Origin: Streptosporangiaceae bacterium
GTDB taxonomy: Bacteria > Actinomycetota > Actinomycetes > Streptosporangiales > Streptosporangiaceae
Direction of reading: 5' to 3'
Length of the DNA stretch: 64,000 nucleotides
Assembly (NCBI GenBank): GCA_035507615.1
Contig: DATJNX010000078.1
Coordinates: 31,244-95,243, forward strand
Under the pieces are notes generated by a model. That model saw only the letters and a program-made list of their open reading frames with translations, made no database searches and was not told the origin of the DNA. Position numbers and translations under genes: made by a program. Position 1 is the first letter of the stretch; each line of letters starts with the position of its first letter. Positions 1 through 10,478 of this stretch are shown here, piece after piece.

Positions 1-135
1 CGCGGGCCTGCATCCTGTCGAGCCGGGCCTGAACGGTCCCGCGCGCGACACCGAGCCGCCTGGACGCCTCCAGCACGCCGACCCGCGGCTCCGCCATCAG
101 GAGCCCGATCAGCCGCCCGTCCAGCGCATCAATCA
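1..135 (-). CDS. Lrp/AsnC-family transcriptional regulator, N-terminal part (gene runs off window start)
   Basis: Reverse-strand ATG at 135 gives MIDALDGRLIGLLMAEPRVGVLEASRRLGVARGTVQARLDRMQAR, an AsnC-type HTH N-terminus. It is divergent from hppD, a common pairing. Confidence 0.8.
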
Positions 136-192
136 TGACTCACATCTCTCGCTACAAACTGTACAAGTATGCTAGCAAAATCTCGTAGCTGT

Positions 193-207
193 TAGTCAAG
201 CTGACTA
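193..207. promoter_or_regulatory. Perfect 6-3-6 palindrome TAGTCAagcTGACTA in the Lrp/hppD divergent intergenic region (candidate operator)
   Basis: Read directly from the sequence. It lies in the locally AT-richer stretch 136-289 between divergent starts. Confidence 0.3.
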
Positions 208-262
208 GCTCAACGGAGCACAGTTGCACATCCTGACCTGCTGGCAGATGCTGCTGCCCTAG

Positions 263-1417
<1,155 letters not shown>

Positions 1418-1463
1418 GACTGCCAATCCGCGGGCGAGCAGCCGGCGGTTCTTATCAGGCTCA

Positions 1464-2351
1464 TTGCACCGCTATGCACGCGGCCAGCCGATAGGGCATC
1501 ATGACCGGGTGAATCAGCCTCCAGATTCCGCCGCGGGACCCGGCCAGCCCGGCAATCAGGGCTACCCCGGATATCCGCAGCCCAGCTACGGCACGCCGCC
1601 CAGCCAGGGCTACCCCCAGCCCGGCTACGGCACGCCGCCCAGCCAGGGCAATCCGCAGCCCGGCTACGGCACGCCGCCCAACCAGGGCTACCCCCAGCCC
1701 GGCTACAGCCAGCCGCAGAACCAGGGCTACCCGATCTACCCCCAGTCCGGCTACAGCCAGCCGTATCAGTCCTATGGCTACCAGGTGGCGGGCAAGGACC
1801 CGGCGCTGGCTGAGTGGTGGCGGCGACTGCTCGCGCGCGTCATCGACGGGCTGGTTCTCGCCGTCATCGTCGCCCCGCTGTGGATACCGGTGTGGCGGAC
1901 CTATTTCAACCAGGTCACCGCTATCACAAGCCGCTATCCGGCCGGTGCCAGTCTGAGCACCAACCCCGCCGCGAGCAAGGCCCTGAACACCGCCACCGCG
2001 CACCTCTTCGTCAAACTCATCTTCATCGGCTTGCTGTTCTACCTGGTGGCATTCGCCTATGACTGGATCCAGCACGCCGCCTGGGGCCAGACCATAGGGA
2101 AACGGGCACTTGGCACTAAAGTGGTGAAAGACGACGGCAACCCCTCGATTGGCGGCGGAGCGGCTGCGGGCCGGGCCGCTGTCTATGCGCTCGTGCCGCT
2201 CGTACCACTCGTCGGGGGGCTGTTCGGCCTGCTCAACGAACTGTGGCTGACCTGGGATCCGCGCAGGCAGTGCCTGCACGATAAAGCCGCGCATACAGTT
2301 GTCATCAAGAAGGACTACCAGCTCTCGCGGCCGCAGGCCGGCGCCTGGTAG
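1464..2351 (+). CDS. RDD-family membrane protein with Pro/Gln/Gly/Tyr-rich repeat N-terminus
   Basis: The C-terminal half has the RDD-domain pattern (WWRRLLARVIDGLVL...HAAWGQTIGKRALG...RRQCLHDKAAHTVV). The start is uncertain: TTG 1464 or GTG 1509. Confidence 0.8.
   Translation: MHRYARGQPIGHHDRVNQPPDSAAGPGQPGNQGYPGYPQPSYGTPPSQGYPQPGYGTPPSQGNPQPGYGTPPNQGYPQPGYSQPQNQGYPIYPQSGYSQPYQSYGYQVAGKDPALAEWWRRLLARVIDGLVLAVIVAPLWIPVWRTYFNQVTAITSRYPAGASLSTNPAASKALNTATAHLFVKLIFIGLLFYLVAFAYDWIQHAAWGQTIGKRALGTKVVKDDGNPSIGGGAAAGRAAVYALVPLVPLVGGLFGLLNELWLTWDPRRQCLHDKAAHTVVIKKDYQLSRPQAGAW
1590..1706 (+). repeat. 39-bp in-frame tandem repeat x3 (GTPPSQGYPQPGY units)
   Basis: ggcacgccgcc recurs at 1590, 1629 and 1668 (period 39). 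Confidence 0.85.
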
Positions 2352-2441
2352 CAGGGCAGAGTAGCCTGCGCCGACTGGCGACCGCCGCCCTGACACGGGG
2401 CGCAGCCTCGCTCCGCCGGCCGCATAAGGATCACTGCCAGG

Positions 2442-3368
2442 ATGACGCAGCACGACGAGACCGGGACGGCTACAGGCCGGCCCGAGCCGACGCCCGCGGA
2501 GGCGGCCCCACCGTCGCCTTACCTAGATTCCGGCGGGTCAGTGCCGGAGGCATACCTGGCGCCGCCCCAGGCCGGCCAGCCGAAGTACGGCGCGCCGCGG
2601 GACTTGGGACCTGGCCAGCGGCAGTTCGGCCCCGTGGGTCAGACAGCGGGGCGTCAGACAGCGGGGCGACAGACAGCCGGGCGACAGGCACCGGGGCCTC
2701 CGGCTTACGGCCAGTCCGGTTACCAGCAGGCCGGATACGGGCGCCCGGCTAGCGCGCGGACTGCGTTCGCACTTCGGCGCGATCCGGCTCTCGCGGCGCC
2801 GTGGGAACGGCTAGCGGCAACAGTCATCGACTGGGTCATCATCTTCGCCATAGTGACCCTGGCCTTCATCTCGCCGCTGGAGCGGATCTCGCGGGAAATG
2901 CAGGCCGTCCACGCTCACTACGCGGATCTGTATTCGCCGCACGCGCAGCATGCTGTCAACGCGATTCTCCGCAACCCGTCGAATGAGCGTGCGCTGTTGT
3001 TCTGGTTCGTTGCCATGTTCGGCTTTGCGCTGGCGTACTACTGGGTCCAGCACGCGGCATGGGGTGCCACGATCGGCAAGCGAGCGCTCGGCAGCCGGGT
3101 CGTCAAAGCCACCGACCACTCCGCGATCGGGATCCGCGCGGCCGGGATCCGGGCGGTCGCGTTCCTAGTCGGCCCGGCCCTGTTCTGGCTGACGCCAGTC
3201 CCGTTCAATGTCGCCTTCAATATCGCCGGCGGGTTGCTCTGGGTCGCCGATACCGGGTTTCCCCTCCTGGACTCGCGCGCTCAGTGTCTGCATGACAAGC
3301 TCGCCGGGACGGTCGTTATCCGGCAGCGCTGGCTCGACCAGCAGGCCGGCCCGACCCGATCCTGGTAA
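2442..3368 (+). CDS. RDD-family membrane protein (paralogue of 1464..2351)
   Basis: Same RDD pattern (PWERLAATVIDWVI...HAAWGATIGKRALG...RAQCLHDKLAGTVV) behind a low-complexity N-terminus. Confidence 0.8.
   Translation: MTQHDETGTATGRPEPTPAEAAPPSPYLDSGGSVPEAYLAPPQAGQPKYGAPRDLGPGQRQFGPVGQTAGRQTAGRQTAGRQAPGPPAYGQSGYQQAGYGRPASARTAFALRRDPALAAPWERLAATVIDWVIIFAIVTLAFISPLERISREMQAVHAHYADLYSPHAQHAVNAILRNPSNERALLFWFVAMFGFALAYYWVQHAAWGATIGKRALGSRVVKATDHSAIGIRAAGIRAVAFLVGPALFWLTPVPFNVAFNIAGGLLWVADTGFPLLDSRAQCLHDKLAGTVVIRQRWLDQQAGPTRSW
2640..2699 (+). repeat. 15-bp in-frame tandem repeat x3 plus one degenerate copy (GRQTA pentapeptides)
   Basis: cagacagcggggcgt / cagacagcggggcga / cagacagccgggcga / caggcaccggggcct. 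Confidence 0.9.
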
Positions 3369-3447
3369 ACCCGCCCTGGTAGGCCCGGTCCCGGCAGCCG
3401 CCGGACCGGTAGCTGCAGGTAACGAGCCGTGCTCACCGGACGAGCGG

Positions 3448-4689
3448 CTAGCCGAATAGCAGGGTGTAGCCGGCCTTCCGCAGCTGGCTGATCACCGAGT
3501 CGGTGTGCTCCGGTCCCCTGGTTTCCAGGTGCAGGCTGACCTCGGCTTCGTCGACTCGCAGGTCCGCGGTTACTCGCTCGTGCACGACATCCAGCACGTT
3601 AGCGCCCAGTGCGGCCAGTTCCATCAGCAAGGTCGCGAGCGCACCAGGCCGGTCGGACAGCTTGCACCGGAACGCTAGGAACCGGCCGGCCGCCGACAGA
3701 CCGTGCCGAAGCACCTTGGAGAGGAGCAGGGGATCGATGTTGCCGCCGGAGAGCACAACCACGACCGGCGGCTCGAACAGCGCGGGATGCTCGAGAATGG
3801 CCGCGACCCCGGCGGCGCCTGCGGGCTCAACGACCTGCTTGGCTCGTTCCAGGCAGAGCAGCAGCCCGCGGGACAGGTTTTCCTCCGTCACGGTGACGAC
3901 GCGCACCGGGCCGCCAGCGAGCAGCGCGACCGGCAGTTCGCCAGGCCTGGCCACTGCTATCCCGTCCGCCATGGTCGCGGCGGGCCTGACGGTGACCGGA
4001 TGGCCTGCCGCGATCGATCCGGGCATCGGAGCAACTGCCTCGGCCTGAACGCCGACCAGCCGCGCGCCGGGCAGCGCGGCGCTGGCGGCTACCGTAATGC
4101 CGGCCGCGAGCCCGCCGCCCCCGACAGGCACTGCGATCGTCCGTACTTCAGGGCACTGCTCGGCAATCTCGAGCCCGACAGTGCCCTGGCCCGCGATCAC
4201 GTCCGGGTGGTCGAAGGGGTGGATGAAGATCGAGCCTGTCTCCTCGGCCAGCTGCCGGGCCTTCGTCAGCGCATCCTCCACGGCGGCACCGTGCAGCACC
4301 ACGTCTGCGCCGTACGACCGCGTCGCTGCCACCTTGGGCAACGGCGCGGCGACCGGCATCACCACTGTCGCCCGGGTGCCGAGAGCGGCCGCCGCCAGCG
4401 CGACGCCCTGCGCGTGATTGCCGGCGCTGGCCGCGACAACGCCGCGTGCTCGCTCAGCTTCGCTCAGCCGGGCGATCCGCAGGTAAGCGCCGCGGACCTT
4501 GAAGGACCCGCCGCGCTGGAGGTTCTCGCACTTGACATAGACAGGCCCGCCGACCAGCGCGGACAGCGCGCTCGACTCCAGCAGGGGCGTCTGCCTGATG
4601 ATCGGCTGCAAGGTGGCACGCGCCGCCGCGATGTCGGCAGGTTGCACTGGCGGATCGGCTGGCCGGCCGACCGGTACCGAGGAACTCAC
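3448..4689 (-). CDS. ilvA: Threonine ammonia-lyase (threonine dehydratase), PLP-dependent with C-terminal ACT-like domain
   Basis: Has the GGSFKVRGAY PLP-lysine motif and GNHAQG. I prefer GTG 4689, preceded by GGGAG, over ATG 4776, which would overlap the ROK gene. Confidence 0.85.
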   Translation of the reverse strand: MSSSVPVGRPADPPVQPADIAAARATLQPIIRQTPLLESSALSALVGGPVYVKCENLQRGGSFKVRGAYLRIARLSEAERARGVVAASAGNHAQGVALAAAALGTRATVVMPVAAPLPKVAATRSYGADVVLHGAAVEDALTKARQLAEETGSIFIHPFDHPDVIAGQGTVGLEIAEQCPEVRTIAVPVGGGGLAAGITVAASAALPGARLVGVQAEAVAPMPGSIAAGHPVTVRPAATMADGIAVARPGELPVALLAGGPVRVVTVTEENLSRGLLLCLERAKQVVEPAGAAGVAAILEHPALFEPPVVVVLSGGNIDPLLLSKVLRHGLSAAGRFLAFRCKLSDRPGALATLLMELAALGANVLDVVHERVTADLRVDEAEVSLHLETRGPEHTDSVISQLRKAGYTLLFG

Positions 4690-4720
4690 CGTTAGATTCT
4701 CCCACCAGGCCGCCAGCTCG

Positions 4721-5674
4721 TTACCGGTCAGCAGCCCAGTAACGATCGGCAGCGAAGATGAGCGCGGCCGCGCCAACCAGGCCCGCGCTCTGACCGAGCA
4801 GGGCCGGCACCACGGTGACCTTGCCGGCGAATCCCAGCCTGGCGTGCGCGCGCAGTGCCTCCTCCAGCGGGTCGAACAGAAGTGGCCCGGCCTGCGAGAG
4901 CCCGCCGCCGACCGACACGACTTCGAGGTCGCACAGGCAGGTCGCAGACGCGATCGCGATGCCGAGCGCGCGGCCTGCCCGGCGCATCGCGGCCACGCCG
5001 ATCGGATGCCCTAGCGCACCGTCGGCGGCCAGTTCTCTGGCGGTTGCGTCGATCTGCTCGGGACGCCAGCCTTCGGCCTGAGCCCAGGCGACGAGCGCGG
5101 GCCCGCGCGCGATGGCCTCGGCGCAGCCGCGGCCCCCGCAACCGCACACCGGTCCGGTCTCGGGATCGACCACCACATGGCCGATGTGGCCGGCGTTGCC
5201 GGACGCGCCCTCGATCAGCCTGCCGTCCAGTACCAAGCCGCCACCGACGCCGGTCGAGACCACCATGCCGAGCACGTTGTCCCGGCCGCGCCCGGCGCCC
5301 CGCCAGTGCTCTGCGGCGACCAGGCAGATCGCGTCGTTGTGCACTCTGACCGGGATCCCGCCGAGCCGCTGCGCCAGCCTGCTGCGCAGCGGGAAGTTCC
5401 GCCACGCCGGGATGTTCAGCGGTGACACCACACCCGCAGGCCACTCCATCGGGCCGCCGCAACCACAGCCGCAGCCAGCCAGATCGGCTTCGTCAAGGCC
5501 GTCCATGACGTCGGTGATCAGCGCGTCGAGAGTGCGCCACAACTGCTCGCCGTCCACACCCGTCGGGGTCGGAACAACCGACCAGGCAAGCACGCGGCCG
5601 GCCGGCTCAACCAGGCCCGCGGCCAGCTTCGTCCCGCCGATATCCACCGCGAGTGCCGGGCGGGAATCCGCCAT
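4721..5674 (-). CDS. ROK-family sugar kinase/regulator-like protein
   Basis: ALAVDIGGTKLAAGLV ATP motif and the CGCGGRGCAE zinc motif. Start taken at ATG 5674 (MADSRPALAVDIGGTK). Confidence 0.85.
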   Translation of the reverse strand: MADSRPALAVDIGGTKLAAGLVEPAGRVLAWSVVPTPTGVDGEQLWRTLDALITDVMDGLDEADLAGCGCGCGGPMEWPAGVVSPLNIPAWRNFPLRSRLAQRLGGIPVRVHNDAICLVAAEHWRGAGRGRDNVLGMVVSTGVGGGLVLDGRLIEGASGNAGHIGHVVVDPETGPVCGCGGRGCAEAIARGPALVAWAQAEGWRPEQIDATARELAADGALGHPIGVAAMRRAGRALGIAIASATCLCDLEVVSVGGGLSQAGPLLFDPLEEALRAHARLGFAGKVTVVPALLGQSAGLVGAAALIFAADRYWAADR

Positions 5675-5722
5675 CCAGGGCCTCCCAAGATGCGAGCACG
5701 GACTGCCTCGACATAGTGTCGA

Positions 5723-7183
5723 ATGGTGCAGCCTACGACTCGCAGACAGCCAGCATCCCACCAGCCGCCCGTCACTACTCCGCCGCAAATCGGCACGCTG
5801 GGCGAACTACGCGCCAGCGGGCACCAGTTCCGGACGATCAAGCAAGAGCTACGGCAGAACCTGCTCGGGCGCATGCGCGCAGGCGAGGACGCGTTCCCCG
5901 GCATTATCGGTTTCGGCCAGACGGTACTGCCGCACCTCGAGCGCGCCATTATCGCCGGGCACGACGTGATCCTGCTTGGCGAGCGCGGACAAGGCAAGAC
6001 GAGGCTGATCAGAACGCTGACTGGCCTTCTCGATGACTGGACGCCCACGGTTGCCGGCTGCGAGATCAACGACCACCCCTACGCGCCGGTCTGCGCGCGC
6101 TGCCAGCGGCTGCTCGCCGAGCAGGGTGACGACCTGGCCGTGACCTGGCGACCGCGCACCGACCGGTACGGAGAGAAGCTCGCGACACCGGACACCAGCG
6201 TGGGCGACCTCATCGGCGACATCGACCCGGTCAAGGTTGCTGAGGGCAGGACGCTCGGCGACCCGGAGACAATCCACTTCGGCCTGCTGCCGCGCACTAA
6301 CCGCGGCATCTTCTGCCTTAATGAGCTGCCCGACCTCGCCGAGCGGATCCAGGTGTCGCTACTGAACGTGCTTGAAGAGCGCGACATCGGCGTGCGCGGC
6401 TACGCGCTGCGGCTGCCACTCGACCTCGTCCTGGTCGCGAGCGCGAACCCGGAGGACTACACAAACCGGGGCAGGATCATCACGCCGCTGAAAGACCGGT
6501 TCGGCGCGGAGATCCGTACGCATTACCCCATCTCGCTGGAGGCCGAGCTGGCCCTGATCGACCAGGAAGCACAGCTCGCGTGGGACGGCGCTGACCCCGG
6601 AGCCCTCGTTCCCGTCCACTTGGTCCAGGTGATCGCACGCTTCACCCGGCTGGTCCGGGCCTCCCCCGCGGTGGATTCCCGGTCCGGTGTCTCCGCCCGG
6701 TTCGCGATCGCTGCTGCTGAGGCGGTAGCCGCGTCTGCCGTGCGGCGCGCTGCGATTACCGGCGAGGACCACCCAGTGGCGCGGGTATGCGACTTGCCCT
6801 CAGTGATCAGCACGCTGCGTGGGAAGGTCGAGTTCGAGGTCAGCGAGGAGGGCCGCGAGCAGGAGGTTCTTGACCATCTGCTGCGGCGCGCTACCGGTGA
6901 CACGTTCCGTGCCCTGCTCGGCAACGCCGACCTGACCGGCCTGCTGGCGCGGTTCGCGGACGATGGCGTGGTGGAGACCGGAGACCTGGTGCCGGCCGCG
7001 GACTTGCTGCGCCGGATCGGCGAGGTGCCGGGGCTGGCCAAGATCATGGAGCGGCTCAGGATGGAAGGCGGCGAGTCACTTGGCCAGGCTGCCGCTGCAC
7101 TCGAGTTCGCGCTCGAAGGCCTGTACCTGATGCGCCGGCTGTCGAAGGACTCGATCGACGGCGGGACGGTCTACCGGACGTGA
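5723..7183 (+). CDS. AAA+ ATPase, ChlI/MoxR-like (Mg-chelatase-subunit-like), function unknown
   Basis: Walker A GERGQGKT. The Walker-B-like segment is GIFCLNELPD. The arginine-rich C-terminal helical region is typical of ChlI-like ATPases. Confidence 0.8.
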   Translation: MVQPTTRRQPASHQPPVTTPPQIGTLGELRASGHQFRTIKQELRQNLLGRMRAGEDAFPGIIGFGQTVLPHLERAIIAGHDVILLGERGQGKTRLIRTLTGLLDDWTPTVAGCEINDHPYAPVCARCQRLLAEQGDDLAVTWRPRTDRYGEKLATPDTSVGDLIGDIDPVKVAEGRTLGDPETIHFGLLPRTNRGIFCLNELPDLAERIQVSLLNVLEERDIGVRGYALRLPLDLVLVASANPEDYTNRGRIITPLKDRFGAEIRTHYPISLEAELALIDQEAQLAWDGADPGALVPVHLVQVIARFTRLVRASPAVDSRSGVSARFAIAAAEAVAASAVRRAAITGEDHPVARVCDLPSVISTLRGKVEFEVSEEGREQEVLDHLLRRATGDTFRALLGNADLTGLLARFADDGVVETGDLVPAADLLRRIGEVPGLAKIMERLRMEGGESLGQAAAALEFALEGLYLMRRLSKDSIDGGTVYRT

Positions 7184-9201
7184 GCGGTTATCGCTACGGT
7201 CCCTACACTGGCGGACCCGATCCGCTTGAGCCGCCGTACGATGTACGCGGCGCGGTCGACGCCATGGGCGAGTCAGTGCTGGACGGCACCGATCCGGCCA
7301 GCGCACTCCGGGATCTGCTGCGGCGTGGCATGTCCGGTCACCGCGGGCTCGACGACCTGCTCCGCAGGGTGCGGGAACGCCAGCGTGAGATCCGCAGCCG
7401 CGGTCGCCTGGACGGCGTTCTCGACGAGGTCCGGGCGCTTCTGGACACCGCCATCGGCCAGGAACGCGCCGAACTGTTCCCGAACCCTGACGACTCCGCC
7501 CGGCTGCGCGAGGCCGAACTGGACGACCTTCCCTCGGACACCGCCCAGGCGATCAGGCAGCTCGCGGACTACGAGTGGCAGTCGGCGGCAGCCCGTGCGA
7601 CGTTCGAGCGACTGAAGTCGCTGCTGCGCAGCGAGGTACTGGACAGCCAGTTCCGCGGCATGCGAGAGACGCTGGCCAACCCTGACCCGGAGGCGTTGCA
7701 GCGGGTCAAGGACATGATGGCGGCGCTCAACAACATGCTGGACGCCGACGCGCGCGGGGAGCACACGCAGCAGGACTTCGACGAGTTCATGAGCCGCTTC
7801 GGCGACATGTTCCCTGACGCGCCCGCCAACCTCGAGGAACTGGTGGATGCGCTGGTCCGGCGCATGTCGGCGGCACAGCGGCTGCTCGACTCGCTGACCG
7901 ACGAACAGCGCGACGAGCTAGCCGAGCTGATGGCACAAGCGCTTGAGGATGCGGGACTCGCGGCGGAGATGGCACGGCTGTCTGACTCGCTGCGCGCCAG
8001 GCGCCCGGACATGGACCAGGGCGGGCAGCAGCAAGGGATGACAGGCAGCGATCCGCTCGGGCTCAGCGATGCGACCACGGCGCTGGCCGAGCTTGCCGAC
8101 CTGGCTGACCTGGAGGATGCGCTGCGCCAGGATTACCCGGGTGCGCGGCTGGACGATGTCGACGAAGAGGCGATCCGCCGCGCTCTCGGACGGCAAGCGG
8201 TCGACGACATGGAAGCGCTGCGCCAGATCGAGCGGGAACTTGAGCAGCAAGGTTACCTGCAGCGTGTCGACGGGAAGCTCGAGCTGACGCCGAAGGCGGT
8301 GCGAAGACTGGGCCAGACCGCGCTGCGCAAGGTATTCGCCCAGCTCCCGGAAGGCGGGACGGGCGACCACGATCAGCGCGACGCCGGGCAGGCCGGGGAG
8401 TACACCGGCAGCACCCGGCCGTGGCGGTTCGGCGACGAGCAGTCCATCGATGCCGCCGCAACGGTGCGGAACGCGCTGCTCCGGCAGGCGTTCCGGCCGC
8501 CGGGGGCGTCCGCAACGCCCGCCGCCGGTGTCAGCCCGGGGGGACGACCCCCCGCACCCAGCCCAGGCAGCCGCGTCCGGCTCTCGGTCGAGGACTTCGA
8601 GGTAGCCGAAACCGACCGCCGCGCGTCAGCGGCCGTCTGCCTGCTGGTCGACCTGTCCTACTCGATGGCGCTGCGCGGCACCTGGGGAGCAGCGAAGCAG
8701 ACGGCGCTCGCGCTGCACGCGCTCGTCCGCACTCAGTACCCGCAGGACGCGATCCAGGTCATCGGATTCTCTAACTATGCCCGCGAGCTCCGCGAAACCG
8801 AGCTGGCCGGGCTGAGCTGGGACATGGTGCAAGGCACCAACCTGCACCATGCTCTGGTGCTGGCTGGCCGTTTCCTGGACCGGCGGCCCGAGCACAATCC
8901 GGTGGTGATGGTCATTACCGACGGCGAGCCGACCGCGCATCTGCGCCGGGACGGCCGGTTCTGGTTCGACTGGCCGCCGTCGCCGGAGACGCTGGAGCTT
9001 ACCCTCGCAGAGGTCGACAAGATGACCAGGCGGCGGGCCACGATGAACGTGTTCATGCTTGCTGACGACGAGCGGCTATCCGCGTTCGTGGACGAGGTAG
9101 CCCGGCGCAACGGCGGCCGGGTCCTCCGGGCAATGCCCGACAGTCTGGGCGAGTACGTCGTGACGGACTTCCTCCGGACGAGGCGCCAGTACGCCAGGTA
9201 A
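7180..9201 (+). CDS. von Willebrand factor type A (vWA) domain protein with long acidic coiled N-terminal region
   Basis: MIDAS DxSxS motif DLSYS at 8650-8664, followed by ...VITDGEPTAH. Its GTG overlaps the upstream stop (GTGA at 7180-7183). Confidence 0.85.
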   Translation: MSGYRYGPYTGGPDPLEPPYDVRGAVDAMGESVLDGTDPASALRDLLRRGMSGHRGLDDLLRRVRERQREIRSRGRLDGVLDEVRALLDTAIGQERAELFPNPDDSARLREAELDDLPSDTAQAIRQLADYEWQSAAARATFERLKSLLRSEVLDSQFRGMRETLANPDPEALQRVKDMMAALNNMLDADARGEHTQQDFDEFMSRFGDMFPDAPANLEELVDALVRRMSAAQRLLDSLTDEQRDELAELMAQALEDAGLAAEMARLSDSLRARRPDMDQGGQQQGMTGSDPLGLSDATTALAELADLADLEDALRQDYPGARLDDVDEEAIRRALGRQAVDDMEALRQIERELEQQGYLQRVDGKLELTPKAVRRLGQTALRKVFAQLPEGGTGDHDQRDAGQAGEYTGSTRPWRFGDEQSIDAAATVRNALLRQAFRPPGASATPAAGVSPGGRPPAPSPGSRVRLSVEDFEVAETDRRASAAVCLLVDLSYSMALRGTWGAAKQTALALHALVRTQYPQDAIQVIGFSNYARELRETELAGLSWDMVQGTNLHHALVLAGRFLDRRPEHNPVVMVITDGEPTAHLRRDGRFWFDWPPSPETLELTLAEVDKMTRRRATMNVFMLADDERLSAFVDEVARRNGGRVLRAMPDSLGEYVVTDFLRTRRQYAR

Positions 9202-9275
9202 GCGGCACCGCGTGTTGGCGCCGCCGCCGCATGGCGCCTCGCCGTGCTCGGCAAGCCTGGCCTAAGATCAACTGC

Positions 9276-9815
9276 ATGTCGTTCACCGACAAGCTTGTGC
9301 TATGGCTGCACATCGGATTCGCCATCTTCACGATCGGCCCGCTCGCGGTGGCCATCTCCTCCACGCCCCGCTATATCCGCAAGCGCGAGATAGCGATCCT
9401 GCGCTACCTCAGCCGGATCACCGTGATCTTCACGGCTGCCGCCCTGCTGGTCTTCGTCTTCGGCGTCGTGCTCGGCCAGCTTGATCATGACTTCGGGCAC
9501 GCCTGGCTAACCGTGGCCATGACGCTGTTCGTGGTGGCGCTCGTGTTGCTCGTGCTCGTCGTCCGCGACCAGCGCCGGGCGATCAAGGCGCTTGCACCCG
9601 CCGAGATGCCGGCGGACGCAGCCGCCCCGGACGACAGTGCCAGCGACGACAGTCCCAGTCTGGACAGTGCTGGCCACGAAAGTGCCAGCCAGTCCGCCGC
9701 AGCCGTCGCGGCCGCGCACATCGCCACAGTGGAACGCGGCCGCATCGCCGCCATGGGCGGCATCGTGAACCTGATCTGGCTGGTGATACTCGTGCTGATG
9801 GTCTGGCAGCCGTAA
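9276..9815 (+). CDS. Hypothetical integral membrane protein (about 4 TM segments, Ala/Asp/Ser-rich loop)
   Basis: Hydrophobic segments LVLWLHIGFAIFTIGPLAVAI, ITVIFTAAALLVFVFGVVLG, LTVAMTLFVVALVLLVLVV and IVNLIWLVILVLMVW. Start chosen at ATG 9276. Confidence 0.55.
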   Translation: MSFTDKLVLWLHIGFAIFTIGPLAVAISSTPRYIRKREIAILRYLSRITVIFTAAALLVFVFGVVLGQLDHDFGHAWLTVAMTLFVVALVLLVLVVRDQRRAIKALAPAEMPADAAAPDDSASDDSPSLDSAGHESASQSAAAVAAAHIATVERGRIAAMGGIVNLIWLVILVLMVWQP

Positions 9816-9971
9816 TCGGCGCGACACGTTTCTGTCGCCAAATTTTTGCACACTTTGTAGTTATTTCGCCCCGTCGGGATGGCAACCGGTAGTACCGTGC
9901 CGGTCGTAAATCATCGCTGGTAACGCCGTGCTCTTGGCATGTCACAGGCGGCCAGCTGCCAAGGAGGAACT

Positions 9972-10205
9972 GTGGCTTCACAAAGCGTGTCCAGCGGCGG
10001 CTCAAAGCGCTCGCTGGTGATCATCCTCGCGGTCATCGCCGTTCTCGCGCTCATCTTGGGGATTCTCTGGATGTCGGGCTCTGCACCGTCATTCCTGGAC
10101 TCCGGCAGCCACGTGAAGAGCGGTGGCCACATTTTCCGCGGAATTGCAGGCCTCGTAGTCGCCATTGTTTGTGGCGCCGGAGCCTGGTGGGCGAACAAGA
10201 AGTAA
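9972..10205 (+). CDS. Small hypothetical membrane protein (2 TM)
   Basis: AAGGAGGA RBS at 9961-9968 upstream of GTG 9972. Two hydrophobic helices (LVIILAVIAVLALILGILW, IAGLVVAIVCGAGAWW). Confidence 0.5.
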   Translation: MASQSVSSGGSKRSLVIILAVIAVLALILGILWMSGSAPSFLDSGSHVKSGGHIFRGIAGLVVAIVCGAGAWWANKK

Positions 10206-10478
10206 CAGCTAGCAGCAGACGGCGCCAGCGCGGACACGGCTGGGCGCACCTCGGGCTGCAGCCCTGACGGCTGCCGGGGTACGCCTCACCGGTCCGCGCT
10301 GCGTACTTTCTGCCGGCCATCACCCGTCAATCGCGGGCAGCGTTGACACTCAGCTACCGGTACGCCTAAGTTTTTCACTGTTCGGGCATGTAACTGTTGT
10401 GCGTGAAGCGCACAGCGCGAATCGCTCTTCTGGCGGCCGCGCGACAGCTGTCGAACCAGCCAACAAGAGGAGGTCCCG

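Noticed and set aside
1461-2453. 330-aa ORF on the - strand.
   Set aside because: It is antisense to the RDD gene. Its repeats (AVAGLGVALAGRR) are just the reverse-complement reading of the Pro/Gly/Tyr repeat DNA.
4690-4776. ilvA start at ATG 4776.
   Set aside because: It would overlap the ROK gene by 56 nt. GTG 4689 has a GGGAG RBS just downstream of the ROK stop. Not fully excluded.
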